From the NCBI GenBank assembly GCA_950097015.1, contig CATNEN010000029.1, forward strand, positions 6,448,001 through 6,512,000: a stretch of 64,000 nucleotides of DNA, written 5' to 3'. Under the pieces are notes generated by a model, which was not told the DNA's origin, made no database searches, and saw nothing but the letters and a program-made list of their open reading frames with translations. Source of the DNA: Macrostomum hystrix (taxonomy: Eukaryota > Animalia > Platyhelminthes). Both the position numbers and the translations under genes were made by a program. This document shows, one piece after another, positions 23,048 to 45,149 of this stretch (its first letter is position 1; every line of letters begins with the position of its first letter).

Positions 23048-25911
23048 CTAGCGGCCGCTGGGGTCAAATACAACGCCCTGCTGTCCGCTGATTCGTTCCA
23101 TTTTGTCGCGCCGATACTCCAGGTACTGGAATACGGCTGCTATGATGCAGGCAATCAGGCAGGTGCCAAGCAAGGTCACGCCAACGTACAGCACCTGTTT
23201 ATCAAAGAATGGCCTAACAAACAGTTCAGACTTCCAGCTGGCTGTGCTGCCGTGCGGATAGGGCACAATAAGCAGCTGCGAGTTGGGTATGATGAAGGTG
23301 AAGTCGCGCATTAGAGGCGGCGCCTTATTGTAAGGTATCGCCACTGTGAGCCTGTCAATGTAGTTACTGAACTGGCCCAGGCCGAAGTGCAGGTAAGGCA
23401 GGTCCAGCTGGGCGTAGGCTGACTGGCTCAGTTGGCAGCCGATGCCTAGGCGGGTGCCGCCTTCTGGCCGCTCGGTGGTAAAGCGCAGGCAAGGTCCGGG
23501 CACCGGTAGGCCAACTGGGAGGCGCTGCTCCGGACAATTTGAAGCCTTTTCGCACATACCGTTGAGCACTAGAGAGCGAAAGAAGTAGCCTTCTTCGTTG
23601 TACTTTTGCGCGTAAAACACGCTGAGCCAGCGAGGGTCGGCGCCGGCGCTGGAGCATAGCTGCAGAAGGTCCAGCCCGCCGTCTTGATTCACATCGGCCA
23701 GAGCGGTGCCAGACAGGCCGAGGCCGTCCGGACAATCGGGCAGGCCCAGTTCACGCAGTGTGGCTGTCGGATTGGTTGCTTCGGCGCAGTCGCCAGTGGG
23801 TGTTAAGAAGGCGGCGATTCGACGACCGTCGGAGGCGCGAAAAGTGGCTAGAAGGTCCAGGCGGCCGTCCAGGTCCAGGTCGCCAGGCCGCAGCTGAACT
23901 GGGCGATCAGAGGACGATTCCAAGTGCCAGTTGTATCTGAAAGGAGGCGGGAGTGACATATAGCGGTTGAGCTTAAGATTTCAGATCGAGAGGTCGGGAG
24001 TTCGAAAACCTCAGTCACAAAGGACACAATATGAGTGCTCACTCAGCTTGGTAATAAAATGGATACAAGCATGAGCTGGGGTAGAAATTTAGCAGGGACC
24101 CTGTGACACTGGTCTAGATGTAGTTTTATGTTTGTTTAGTAGGCCGTCTTAACTCTCCTCGGAAGGATTCCCCTACAATAAATATAATACGTTTGTCATG
24201 AACTAGTTTATATTTCATTTTTATGTGTTCATATTTGAATAGCGATTTCAAATCGTAACTCTTAGTGCTTGAATCTGTAACCCCTAGCCGCTACCATCTC
24301 CCCCGATAGATTCAAAATTTGAAACTCTTTGCTGGAGTTGGAAATTTGGGTGTAACTTGCAACAGCCCCCAGTCCATAGACTAAACTGCTATACACTAAT
24401 ATAATAACAATAATATAATAACAATTGCAGTTAGGGCATTTGGTGACACTGGACCCAAAATTCTGTGCTATCCGGCCCATTCCGCTGACTTCTGAGCACA
24501 CACACATCCCTGAATTTTTCACAGTGTACACAGTGTACAAGCCTCAAGCATTTCTTTTGGCGGCTGCACCTAAATGAATGTGGCCTCGCCGCGGAATCAA
24601 GCTCAGGGACCTTGGTGCGAGAACCAAACGCGATAGCCGCTCTGCCACACCCTCATAAGCAGCTACACAGTTTTTCTAGGATAAAAATAAAGGTGCTTCT
24701 GTGAGATTCGTGGTACGCGAAAAAGACACCCCATAGTCGCACCTTTTATCAGTAAACTCCTTGATGTTGGCCCGACACCAGCGTCTCGAATTGCCATAGT
24801 ACAGGTAAAGCCATGACTCGGTACAACGACCGTCAGAGGCGCGCTCGCAGACAGGCAAAGCCAGGTCAGTCAGTTCATCATTATCCAGATTGAGTGGCGC
24901 CGGCTGGCCAATATAGTCAGTGCCAGACAGTCCAGTTGGCATAGGCAGCTCAGTGCCGCTGTTTTGGAAGCCGGAGTCACTGCGAACCATCACTACGCCG
25001 AAGCTGGTGCTGGAGCCCCCAATGCGGAGCAGCAGGTCGGAGCGCAGGTCACCATTCATATCGGTGAATAAGTTGGAGTTGGGCTTGTACAAAGCTGGCT
25101 TGTCAGGCAGTAGGTCGCTTACATTGTCGAATCTGGAGGATATGAGAGTTAAAAGATCCTGCAGAAAAATAGTTTTATTTAATTAATGCATACCTGTGAA
25201 AGTGAACTTACTTATTTTCAGCCAGCTTGCCGATGAAAAAAACTCTATGGCCGGGACGGGTTTCAACTAGAAAGTCAGCCACCATGTCAGCGTTATAATC
25301 CAGCACAGTTGGCTGGTCCACTGCCAGTGTCACCTGTACGGGCTCTGTGACACTCTGCCTGTCAGGCTTGCCGTAGACAATCCATATGGACAGGCTGGAC
25401 GATGAGGCGGCCTGCATGAGCAGAAGTGATCAATTATCATTATCAATCTTATTATAATATAGAGGCTGTGACTAGATAAAGCGCTGGGTGAATTGATGAA
25501 TAACGTGCTGGATTGAGTTAGAAGACTTGCAAACCCGAGTGAATACTGCACAACAAATCGATCAGCAACACTGACCTTCACCGTAAGCAGCATGTCAACT
25601 CGACTGTCGCCATTGAAATCAGCCGGAGCAGCGCCAACCAGCTGATGGTCAGCGGGCAGTTCGACAAGTCGAAGCAATGTCGGTGTGCCAACAGTGGCGC
25701 CGCCATCACCCTTTTTCCAGAGATAAAGCAGCAGCTGTGACTTGTTAGCACTCACTGCTAGAACGTCAAGTAGCGAGTCAGCATTGAAATCGGCATAGGC
25801 CAGTGAGCGGCCAGAGAGGGTGGCAGCGCTGGTGTAAGTCAGCTTGTCTGAGAGTACCAGTCGGCTCACACAAGACACTACTAACAGTAGAACCAGGGCT
25901 ATGCGATACAT
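23048..25911 (-). CDS. ITFG1: Integrin-alpha FG-GAP repeat protein 1 (TIP/LINKIN); exons 25576-25911, 25212-25411, 24743-25132, 23048-23936
   Basis: Signal peptide; repeated FG-GAP motifs (YADFNADSLLDV, ADFNGDSRVDM, DMNGDLRSDL, GDLDLDGRLDL); C-terminal LGIGCQLSQSAYAQLDLPYLHFGLGQFSNYID..IIPNSQLLIVPYP, then a TM and short tail. Intron phases 0/2/2 are consistent. Confidence 0.9.
23955..24110 (+). mobile_element. tRNA-headed SINE fragment, antisense in the last ITFG1 intron
   Basis: TAGCGGTTGAGC..GAGAGGTCGGGAGTTCGAAA (A/B box-like), then AAATGGATACAAGCATGAGCTGGGGTA, resembling family A. Confidence 0.55.
24545..24655 (-). mobile_element. SINE family B copy
   Basis: Minus strand reads GGTGTGGCAGAGCGG (A box)..GAGCTTGATTCCGCGGCGAGGCCACATTCATTTAGGTGCAGCCG. 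Confidence 0.7.
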
Positions 25912-27018
25912 TGCAAGGCAGTGTGCACTGAAGTTAAATGGCATACACTAGGCATTAATTTATACTTAGAACTCTAAAATTCAAATAGTTCAGTTTTCAA
26001 GCCAAATGATTAAGTGATTAAGCCAAATATGCAAAATATGTGACTAATATTAATTATACAATAATAAAATTAACCATGTATATAAAGAAACATAAACTTG
26101 AAATAAGTTAAATGATTTCACTGTATTACAATATTGAAAATAATAAATAAGTATGTGATTAATTTACAATACAACAAACAGCATTCAGATTGAGAGAATA
26201 TTAACATACTCTAGACAATTAACTTTAATAACTTACATTATTCTGTGTGTATTTGGTTTGATCTCATGGCTACTAAATTCAAGCTCAAAATGATCAAGAT
26301 CAGTGAGACTGATAATGATAATGGAGTCTAAAAAAGTGGACAATGTTGGAGATTACAACAAGTAATACAAGTAATCATACATGCACAACCTCCCAAATCT
26401 TAGCCGGCCGTGCGACTTAGTTTTTGCTCTATTTATGACTTAGTTTGCTCTCATTTGCTCTCTTTTTCTCTCCCCTTTTTCCTTTTCTTCACACCTTCCT
26501 TTTTTGTCCCTTGGTCCCCCTTTGATTTTTTTGCGCTTGGTTGATTGGTTTTTGCAACTTACCTTGCTTGGCACTCGTTTCACCTAGCCAGTTTGGGAGG
26601 GTGTTGCACATGTATGCGAGTAATGACAAATAAACAAAACTACATGCATGATAAAGGAGTGAGTGGCAGAGCAATCAACATGTTTGCATCTCACAATAAG
26701 CTTTTTAAGGTCAATTTTGCAGCAAGGCCACATTTTGGGGTGCCACTAAGCCTGGGAGGCTTGTGCAATTTATAGACTTAGAGCCAACATCCAAGGCATT
26801 GTAAAAGTGTACACTGGCTGACCATGAGAAAGTCAGAGCAGGGCAGATGTATGTATACAGTGCAAATGTGTGCCTATATATAGTATAACTATATGCATGT
26901 GTGCACATAGGCAGATATGTGACATTTTTTGTCACTAAATGGTGTGCCATTCTCAACAGCCATCCTGCAATTATTAAGTATTATTATATTAGGCCTAGGC
27001 CCTATAGTAAAAATGGAT

Positions 27019-27444
27019 CCTAGACACTTCGTCATCTTACAACTTCGTCATCCACTTGGAAGGTAGGACACTTTGTCATCCAGCCAATTGGCATGCTTTA
27101 AAGTTTGGTCAGTTCGTCATCTACTAATAACAAGCAATCAAGTTCGTCATCAATAAAGTGAGGGTGGGGTGGTGGGGCAGAGGTGTGAACACACTTCACA
27201 CTCTAAATTGTCAAAAAGAGGTGTCAAAACTGATTTCATTATAAGAGTTGAAAAATTGAAATATAGGTGCCAACATGATGTGAGGAGGTGGGGAGGGGTG
27301 GTTCGATCTGTTCTAACTTTGAAAACTTTTGTTTTATAGATGACGAAGTGTCCACAAGTCTAAGTCTCTTCGTAATCCACCCTCTGAGATATTAGACAGA
27401 TCGTCATCTGGATGACGAAGTTGTAAGATGACAAAGTGTCCAGG
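27019..27444. mobile_element. MITE-like element with 36-bp terminal inverted repeats
   Basis: CCTAGACACTTCGTCATCTTACAACTTCGTCATCCA (27019-27054) matches the reverse complement of 27409-27444 with 2 mismatches. The TTCGTCAT motif repeats internally. No clear target-site duplication. Confidence 0.8.
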
Positions 27445-30179
27445 TACTGTAAAAATAGCTTGAATAAAAAAAAATAAAAATAATGAAAAAATTGGTAGTC
27501 CTAGCTAGTTCATTCCTGGCAGAATTTTTTAATAAACAAAATTGGTTTTAATAGTTCATAGACCAACAAATATTCTCCTAAGGGCCAATATTATTTTCAA
27601 GCATTCAAATTATAACACAGTGCTAGAACTAATATAGCATTTTGTGTAAGAAAAGGTGGATGCACAATTATTAAACAGATCGTGTTTTTTGTTATATCTA
27701 TCTTTTGCATCATCATTGTCATCGACACATTGTCACCTTAGATATCAGAACATTAATAGGCCTAATTGTCCTAGCTAGGCCTATTGAATAGGAATGTAGC
27801 TAGGCCACCTGTGTTACCTACCCATTCCATTTGACTTTGACTCAATGACTCAATAAGAAATGAATAATAGTAACAAGTGGAGTATTGGTTGACATGAGAA
27901 AATTGAATGCTTCACTGCCTAGTTATCCAATTTTGTTTCTTCTTTCTTTTAGCGTGAACTCTAGCCTCAATTTTTTGGCGTCCGCCTAGCATGATACAGA
28001 CTCTGGCTAGTCCTACAAAAAGGTAAAAGTATAAGATAGTAAGAAAAAAAAGAAAACAAAGACCTAGCATAGAATAAAAAAGAGAAAAATGCTGTAAGTT
28101 CGTTACTAAATACTAAAAGAGTAGCTCTTAAGTAGAATTTAATCACATAGACCGTTATAGACGGAGCTAACTCGTGCTTTGCCAGCGACTGTAGCTGTAG
28201 CCAGAGAATATGGAGAACTTTTCTCCGAATATAACGAAGAGTACACATGAGATATGACGTTTGATTATTTTTAATGAAAAACAATAAGCAACAGATGCAC
28301 AGATCACTTTTATGATTTATATATTTCTTTTAAAAAACAAAATACAAAATGAAAAACTCATTTTGTTTTACTGTTGCACAAAAACATATCAGAGCAATTT
28401 ACAGTAATATTTTCAAAACGGTTGCTTTTAACTTTTTCACACGATTTGTATTACGTCCGCCATTTTGCATTTCGTTTACTACTGTTTTTATGAATATATA
28501 CATCTTTAAGTAATAAGGCAAGATAAAATATACAAGTTATATGTATGTATTCTATATTTTACATACTTTTCTATTTATTTACTATGTATGATTCAGCTCA
28601 TATATACATTGATATTCATTTTTTAGTACATGTTTAAATGCCCCTTGAGACCCTGGCTTGAAGTCTAAAACGAGCTAAGCTATGTGATTTCTAGCTATGT
28701 GAAAAGCTACTCTGTGCTGAACATTAACTAATTTGTTGAATGATGAATAATAGAATGTATCAGAAATGGGAGTTGACCACATCGGGCAATTTGTTCTCAT
28801 TAGGGCCTAATACTCGGTTACACCACTCAAAGACAGCTTGCTTAGTTATTATATTACCCAACCAGTTTACCAACACTGAAAACGAAAAGTATGCTATTGT
28901 GAGTAGGCCCTATTGTCTTGCGATATTGTTAAAATCAGACGACTTAAACAATTTGGGTGTAGGGCCTAACTTGTCTAACAGAGTCCATATTGCCACACAG
29001 ACAGCCCACATTTAGTACAATGTGGGCTGTAGATAGCAAATATCCACTAGGCTGATGGGTTCTTTAAGCTAGGCCTACTTTGTTCATTAATTTGATTGTT
29101 TATTATTATTTGTATATTTATTGTTAGTTCAATGACAACACACTTTAAAACAGCATTAAGCTAAGTAATTTGAGCTGGAAACATTTTTAGCCAGAAATAA
29201 TATAGTTATACACTATATCATGTCCTTATTTAATTTTTAAGCTATAACTTTATGCCTATTACTTAAGTTAAGACTAAGTAAATGGGGTTAACAAAAAATG
29301 TATATTAGTTTACATTAGATTAAAATTAAATGACTGCTTGCATTGGATTGTTTAAATGAGATTAGAGATGGGATTGTTAATTAAATCAATTCCAATGTCA
29401 ATTAACTGTGTTCATGTTGTCTCTGCCTAAGATATTAAGCTATGGCCTAGTCTATGTACCTATATGTTTGACATGGTATATAAAGGTTTTTAGTTTAGCT
29501 AAAATATAAAATGTAGAAGTTCAATCTGACAATAAGGATATCCTGTAGTTTTGCACATTATATTGGCTAATTCCATAAGATGATGGTCATAGTGTTGGTG
29601 TACAAAATAATCATCATTTTTACCAAAGACAAACTTAACTCAAGACTTTGTATGTTCTGTATTGATGGGTGTAACCTCTAGATTAAGATAATATACATTT
29701 TAAAGTTATTTTATTTATTGTGTTAATGTAGCAGACAGAAATTTTCTATAATGGTTGTTTTTGGTGAAAGTAGACATTCAAATTTTCAATGTAAGTATAA
29801 GATTCCTGCAAATCAGGCAAGTTTTGGTCTCAATCAGTCATACATTGTAGAAACAATAGCTAGATAAACAGTTATAAACAAATTTCACATGTTAGTAGCC
29901 AGTTTTAAGTGTGTTGCAGGTTTTTTTCTTAGATGACAGTTGTTAGACTGATGGTCGTTTGTTTAAAAATAATAAACAATATGTTGAAAACTTTTAGTGG
30001 CAAAGTATTCTCACATATGACTATAACAAAATGAACAGCTAAGTTGTGGTTTTGAAACTTAAGCTTGGAGCCATGTGATGGTGGAAACCAACAATTACTT
30101 TATATATTTAGATTTTCGAAATCTAGACACTACCTCACCCTCTTTGATTCACTAATTGCAGCCTATACAAGCACTCACC

Positions 30180-30641
30180 ATGTCTGACAACACAGAAGAA
30201 GCCCAGATCCAGGAGACTGAGGTTGAGGTTGCTGAAAATGCAACTGAGAAGCAGGCAGAAGTGGTTGTAGAGGTCGTGCAGCAGGATGATGCCAAAGCAG
30301 ATGAAGAGGCGCCAGTTCAGACTGAAGATGAGGTTTTGAAAACCGACTCTTCTCAGAATGGCGATGCTAAGGCTGACACCAATGGCAAGGAAGAAGAGAT
30401 TCCATCTACTGCAGATGAGACTGAAGCTGCAGAGTCAAGTCGCAAGCGGAAGGCTAACGATATTGGCGATGCTACCGAAGCCACTGAAGAGAAGCGCCCC
30501 GTCACTGACGAGTCAGAAAATGGCGGCGTCCATCCCGACGCTGACATGCCCCTGCCTGATGGTGCCGGCGATGCCGAAACCGCTGCAATCAAGACCAAAA
30601 CTGTCGAGGAAGTGCAAGCTGGCTCGGCGGCTACTGCTTAA
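30180..30641 (+). CDS. Small, highly acidic, intrinsically disordered protein (153 aa) with a bipartite NLS-like motif; uncharacterised
   Basis: ATG at 30180 in a CACCATG context, 18 nt after the acceptor CTAATTGCAG (ends 30161). GC-rich island in AT-rich DNA. E/D/A-rich, with RKRKANDIGDATEATEEKRP. Confidence 0.75.
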   Translation: MSDNTEEAQIQETEVEVAENATEKQAEVVVEVVQQDDAKADEEAPVQTEDEVLKTDSSQNGDAKADTNGKEEEIPSTADETEAAESSRKRKANDIGDATEATEEKRPVTDESENGGVHPDADMPLPDGAGDAETAAIKTKTVEEVQAGSAATA

Positions 30642-32771
30642 AAAGCTTTTTGACTCAGCCCAACCTACCTGCCATGGGGGATACAGGATGGCTATGTTTG
30701 TTTATTTTTTGTCTGTGTGACCATCTTTTTCCTCGGTTACTCAAAATCTACTATAGTATCACTTCTGTGTCACCAAACCTCTACAAAAAATGTCGTGTTT
30801 TCTATAAGTTCTGTCAGTTTTGTCCCGTTCAGTGTTCTTAGTAGACTAAATGTTTCGTTGTTTGTCTTTTAAGCTGTGTTTTAATATATCCTCAACTATT
30901 CTGTAAGCAGCTGTTTGGTGTGTTTTTCTTTTTGCACACTTTTTATCTACGAGTCCCGGTCAGGATTTTGTTTCCTAATATTAAAAGCAACTGAAACGAA
31001 AATCTCTACGTCGTTTTTAGCGCATCTTTTCGCGCACTCCCTTATTTTCTCAAATTTCTCCCCACCCGACCGTTAGGCTGCTTGTTCTCCGTTATCTTGC
31101 TGTTGTCACCAGCGAGTATTTGTAGCTCTTTTTTAATAAGTTATCATTTCTATTGTAGGTTTCCAGTAGCGCAGACGTGAATTTATAAAACTGACAGGTA
31201 AAATAATAATTAAATGTAAAGTAAATACACTTTTAGGATTGTTTGCTTGTGTCTAACAACTTTATCCTAGCTGCTCGTCTGCGACTGACTTCTTACCTAC
31301 AATAGTGCTACAAATTTTATCTTAATTGTAATAAAAAAATTGCAACATGCAAGACTAAAAGATGCGATGGTCATGTTAGGTTGTAGGATTCTTTATTACT
31401 CTTAATTAAATATCAGCAAAATCTCAGTTTTTTCTAGTTAGTTCAGCAGTGTAACTTTTAATTAAATTAAGTAGCTTAAAGCAGTCGTATCGTATCACTA
31501 ATTCATAGCTGCTTAAGCAGCCTTTTAGCGATTGACTTTGTGGTAAAAACCACCTTTCTTTACCAGTGTCATCTCCTCTTTTATGAAAGAGCAGTGAAAA
31601 TAAATTTCTTTGTTGTTTATTTATAAGTGTAAGGTTTCGTGCAATCTACTCAGCCCTCAAAGATACCAGTCTGCATCGTTTTATACACACGAATAATTCC
31701 ATGCATTCGAGATATCATAAATTGTCCGGTCTTTTTACAAAGCAAAATCGCATAGCTTGCTTACCAATAATAAGTTTTTATCAACCTTATGGGACCCTAA
31801 TCTAATAATCGAAGCAACGTTCCCCTAAGTTAATTTCTGTTGTTTTTCGCATGCAAAACGTCAACCAGCTTGCATTTTTTGTTCACTTCTTTTCTGCTTC
31901 TAGGTCTCCAGTACATAAAAAATGATTAAATAAGGTAAGTTTATGTAATTAGGTCAGACCAGTCAGTACAGTTATATAAGCCAGGTTAGGTTGCATTGCT
32001 GCAGTTAAAACATGGATCGATCAATAAATAGATGATTTCGAGTGTGTTGCATCTATCTCTATATATTTTTTCTGGTAATCTGCAGTTTATAGGCGAGACA
32101 CTGCATTTTAACAGCGCACCACAAGAACGTCACGACAGTTTGGATTGATAAAATGAATAATTGGTAGCTTAAATTAATAACTTTCTTTTTATAAAGCGTA
32201 AAACTATAATAAACATAAAACAGTTATAATAATCGCACTGTGATTTAAAAATCTCATCACTGGTCCATATCTAAATAAATGTACCATATTATCCAGCCAA
32301 GAGAATTCACGTCATGTGTAAAATAAACAATTGATATCTGTTAGATGATTAGGAAAATCCCACTTCGCATAGATAGGATTAAGCCAGCCAATAAGAATTA
32401 AGTACTTTAGAAACTTGGAAATCTACTACAAAATGATTTTGCTTGAAAAAAGCTACTCGAATCATTAGACAAGAAATCACGACAATGGTACAACGTCAAC
32501 TCTGAAGCGAAATTATGTCATTGATGATTAATGAGTTGAAGACTGCACTGGACCGACTACAGAACTGCCAAATTATAGAATCGGAAATTTTATTGCACAG
32601 CTAGCAACATTGGGAACTATATTTGATTAAATAACACAGGAAACAAAATATTTTGAGTACTTTGACGAACAGCTAGTCAACTACACGTTCGGGAGGTGCA
32701 TCTAAAGTATTTTCAAGTTTCGGCTCTTCTAATTGCGAAGCTGCCACGTGACCTCATCTGACATCACCGAA

Positions 32772-41373
<8,602 letters not shown>

Positions 41374-41754
41374 CTAAGAATAAAATATGGTTCACAAATT
41401 GTAAAAAGCATTAGAAACTGAAAGCATGCGTTAATTTCTACTGAGAAGTAGTACTTGTGAGGTACAAGAATTGGAATTATTTAAACAAAAAACAAATCAC
41501 CGGAGCATTTTTTGAGACTTGTTATCTTAAGGGATTTTAGCGATGTTCACATATCATTGACTTGGGGTGGGATTTTGGCGAGTTTTTATCTCGAGTATCT
41601 CGGATCACGATTTATGAGAATCGGAAATTATTTTAATTTGGATCAATTTAGCTAAGGATTTTTGAGAGTTGTGTTTTTTAGAGTCGGTATAGAGAGAATG
41701 CAGGGATTTTTTAGTATTGGTACTTTTTATAGTTAGGATTTATGCGAGTAAGTA

Positions 41755-43047
41755 TTTATGAGAGTTGGGAATTATGAGAGTTGGGATTTGTGAGAGTTGG
41801 GATTTATGAGAGTTGGGATTTATGATAGTTGGGATTTATGAGAGTTGGGATTTATGAGAGTTGGGATTTATGAGAGTTGAGATTTATGAGAGTTGGGATT
41901 TGTGAGAGTTGGGATTTATGAGAGTTGGGATTTGTGAGAGTTGGGATTTATGAGAGTTGGGATTTATGAGAGTTGGGATTTATGAGAGTTGGGATTTATG
42001 AGAGTTGGGATTTATGAGAGTTGGGATTTGTGAGAGTTGGGATTTATGAGAGTTGGGATTTGTGAGAGTTGGGATTTGTGAGAGTTGGATTTGTGAGAGT
42101 TGGGATCTATGAGAGTTGGGATCTATGAGAGTTGGGATTTATGAGAGTTGGGATTTGTGAGAGTTGGGATTTATGAGAGTTGGGATTTTTGAGAGTTGGG
42201 ATTTGTGAGAGTTGGGATTTGTGAGAGTTGGGATTTGTGAGAGTTGGGATTTATGAGAGTTGGGATTTATGAGAGTTGAGATTTATGAGAGTTGGGATTT
42301 GTGAGAGTTGGGATTTGTGAGAGTTGGGATCTATGAGAGTTGGGATCTATGAGAGTTGGGATTTATGAGAGTTGGGATTTGTGAGAGTTGGGATTTATGA
42401 GAGTTGGGATTTGTGAGAGTTGGGATTTGTGAGAGTTGGCATTTGTGAGAGTTGGGATTTATGAGAGTTGGGATTTATGAGAGTTGAGATTTATGAGAGT
42501 TGGGATTTGTGAGAGTTGGGATTTATGAGAGTTGGGATTTATGAGAGTTGGGATTTGTGAGAGTTGGGATTTATGAGAGTTGGGATTTGTGAGAGTTGGG
42601 ATTTGTGAGAGTTGGGATTTGTGAGAGTTGGGATTTGTGAGAGTTGAGATTTATGAGAGTTGGGATTTGTGAGAGTTGGGATTTGTGAGAGTTGGGATTT
42701 GTGAGAGTTGGATTTGTGAGAGTTGGGATTTATGAGAGTTGGGATTTGTGAGAGTTGGATTTGTGAGAGTTGGGATTTGTGACAGTTTGGATTTGCGAGA
42801 GTTGGGATTTGTGAGAGTTGGGATTTGTGAGAGTTGGGATTTATGAGAGTTGGGATTTGTGAGAGTTGGGATTTGTGAGAGTTGGATTTGTGAGAGTTGG
42901 GATTTATGAGAGTTGGGATTTGTGAGAGTTGGATTTGTGAGAGTTGGGATTTGTGACAGTTTGGATTTGCGAGAGTTGGGATTTGTGAGAGTTGGGATTT
43001 GTGAGAGTTGGGATTTATGAGAGTTGGGATTTGTGAGAGTTGGGATT
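41755..43047. repeat. 16-bp minisatellite (GAGAGTTGGGATTT(A/G)T)n, ~80 copies
   Basis: Direct periodicity. Confidence 0.96.
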
Positions 43048-43814
43048 GTCGAGAGTTGTGTTTCGCCTGCGATCCACTCAAGTGTGAGCTAAGAGTGCGA
43101 ATTATTCTGCGGTCAGTTACTTGTGTACAGCATTTCACAGCTTTTGAGTCCAGTTGGACTCTGTGAGTTGGGTCATTTAAATTTCGAATAAAAGTGAAAT
43201 AAAGGAATCCGCAAGAGTGAGGTGAGATCAATTAGAACAGTTGAATGCTTGAAGGCTGGGTGCGGGCTTTGCCTTGATCGAACGAAGCCTGTTGCCGTCA
43301 TATAGTATATGGAGGCTGGCTAGCTAATTTGCATATATAGCAATCTGCTGCTCAGCCAAGCAGATTAAAATAGGATTTGGTCCCTCAAGTCCTTCCATCT
43401 CACCAATCTCATTTTTTTCTCCTCCTTCTCTTCTCGGTGAAGCCTTTTCCGTTCTGACCACCCAACTCTTCCCCCCCCCCTGCGTCAGGCGTGGCGGATG
43501 TGGGCGATTAATGAAAACCTGAGGCTCCGGGGCATGACCAATCCCACCCTCGGCCCAGGTGGCGTGGGCGGGACCAGCTAATGCTGCAAGCTGCGAAAGC
43601 TCAACAGATGCTACTATGCTCAGTCAGGTAGGCTGCCTGCTTATGCGCCTCCTCTTGACTTTCACTACTCAATATCAACTCATTGAAATTTAAGATTATA
43701 TGTCTCTATACATAGCAAAAGAGTGGCATGATAAAAAACTGGTGGATTCGGATACATTGAGGAGGCATCTGTTTCTAAATATTCCCACGCTCACCCGTAT
43801 CAAACATACGAGCG

Positions 43815-44330
43815 TAGTCACTCACCGGTAACACTCAGTCACTCACCGGTAACACACAGCAGTCACTCACAGGTAACACACAGCAGTCCCTCACAGGTAA
43901 CACACAGCAGTCACTCACAGGTAACAAACAAAGTCACTCACAGGTAACAAACAAAGTCACTCACAGGTAACACACAAAGTCACTCACTGGTAACACACAG
44001 CAGTCCCTCACAGGTAACACACAGCAGTCACTCACAGGTAACACACACAGTCACTCACCGGTAACACACACAGTCACTCACTGGTAACACACACAGTCAC
44101 TCACCGGTAACACACACAGTCACTCACCGGTAACACTCACAGTCACTCACCGGTAACACTCACAGTCACTCACCGGTAACACACACAGTCACTCACCGGT
44201 AACACTCACAGTCACTCACCGGTAACACTCACAGTCACTCACCGGTAACACTCACAGTCACTCACCGGTAACACACAAAGTCACTCACTGGTAACACTCA
44301 CAGTCATCCACCGGTAACACACACACCTGA
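43815..44330. repeat. 23/24-bp minisatellite (CAGTCACTCACCGGTAACACACA)n
   Basis: About 22 copies. Confidence 0.93.
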
Positions 44331-45149
44331 GGAACACACTCACACAGGGTGTGTAACATTTGCTCTAGTCACGGACTCGCCGCGGACTTGAGCTCGGGAC
44401 CTCGGTGCGTAGGTCGGTAAATTCTGTTCTGGTTCCTGAAAGCCGAATTTGTTCTGTTCAGGAAAAGTTGTTAAAGCTACACCCAACTTCGCCTCTGATT
44501 CGACCAGAAAAAATCTGAAAATCGGGAGCCAGGCAGACATGCAGACGGCAAGGCTATTTCGGGGCAGGTACAGGTAGCCTGTGTCCGCATTGCGACCTTA
44601 AATCATGTTCAAGTTACCTTCTATACCAAACCAAATGCTGGGATTTACTGTTAGTGTTGCATTAGCCATGACCGAAATGCATTCTACCTCACAAAGTTTC
44701 ACAGACATGCTTCAAGCTTAACACGCCTGTGACTTTTCTGCAAGCTATAAATAATTTTATCAGGCTCGCGGTGAATTTCATGTATCTGCAGCTAATATGG
44801 TCGGCTTGGAAAAGAGCTTTATTAGCATGCGTATAATCCCAAATTTATTGCTAGCTTCTCTACCAAAGAAACAGGATTTTGCCATACATGCTCTTATATG
44901 TACTCGTATTTGTATTCTCAGCTTTCATTCGATCTAAAGTACAACGTGAAAAAGCACAAACAGGGCTAATTTTTGTTTTAGTTTGCTATCTAAATTTTAA
45001 TTGGCTATATATGACCAAACGCGATTGGCCCAGTGGACATTAAATGTTACGTAGCTTGGAGTGGGGTGGCTGCTGGAGAGACGAAAACTGGAATTCCAAT
45101 CCAATCATCAGTTCTAAAACTAATAGGCTTTCTGCTGAAATTTCTGTGC

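Noticed and set aside
42539-43231. 230-aa ORF, plus similar ORFs at 17788-18225, 59078-59383, 60546-61169 and 62304-62725
   Set aside because: All are minisatellite translations with no domain similarity.
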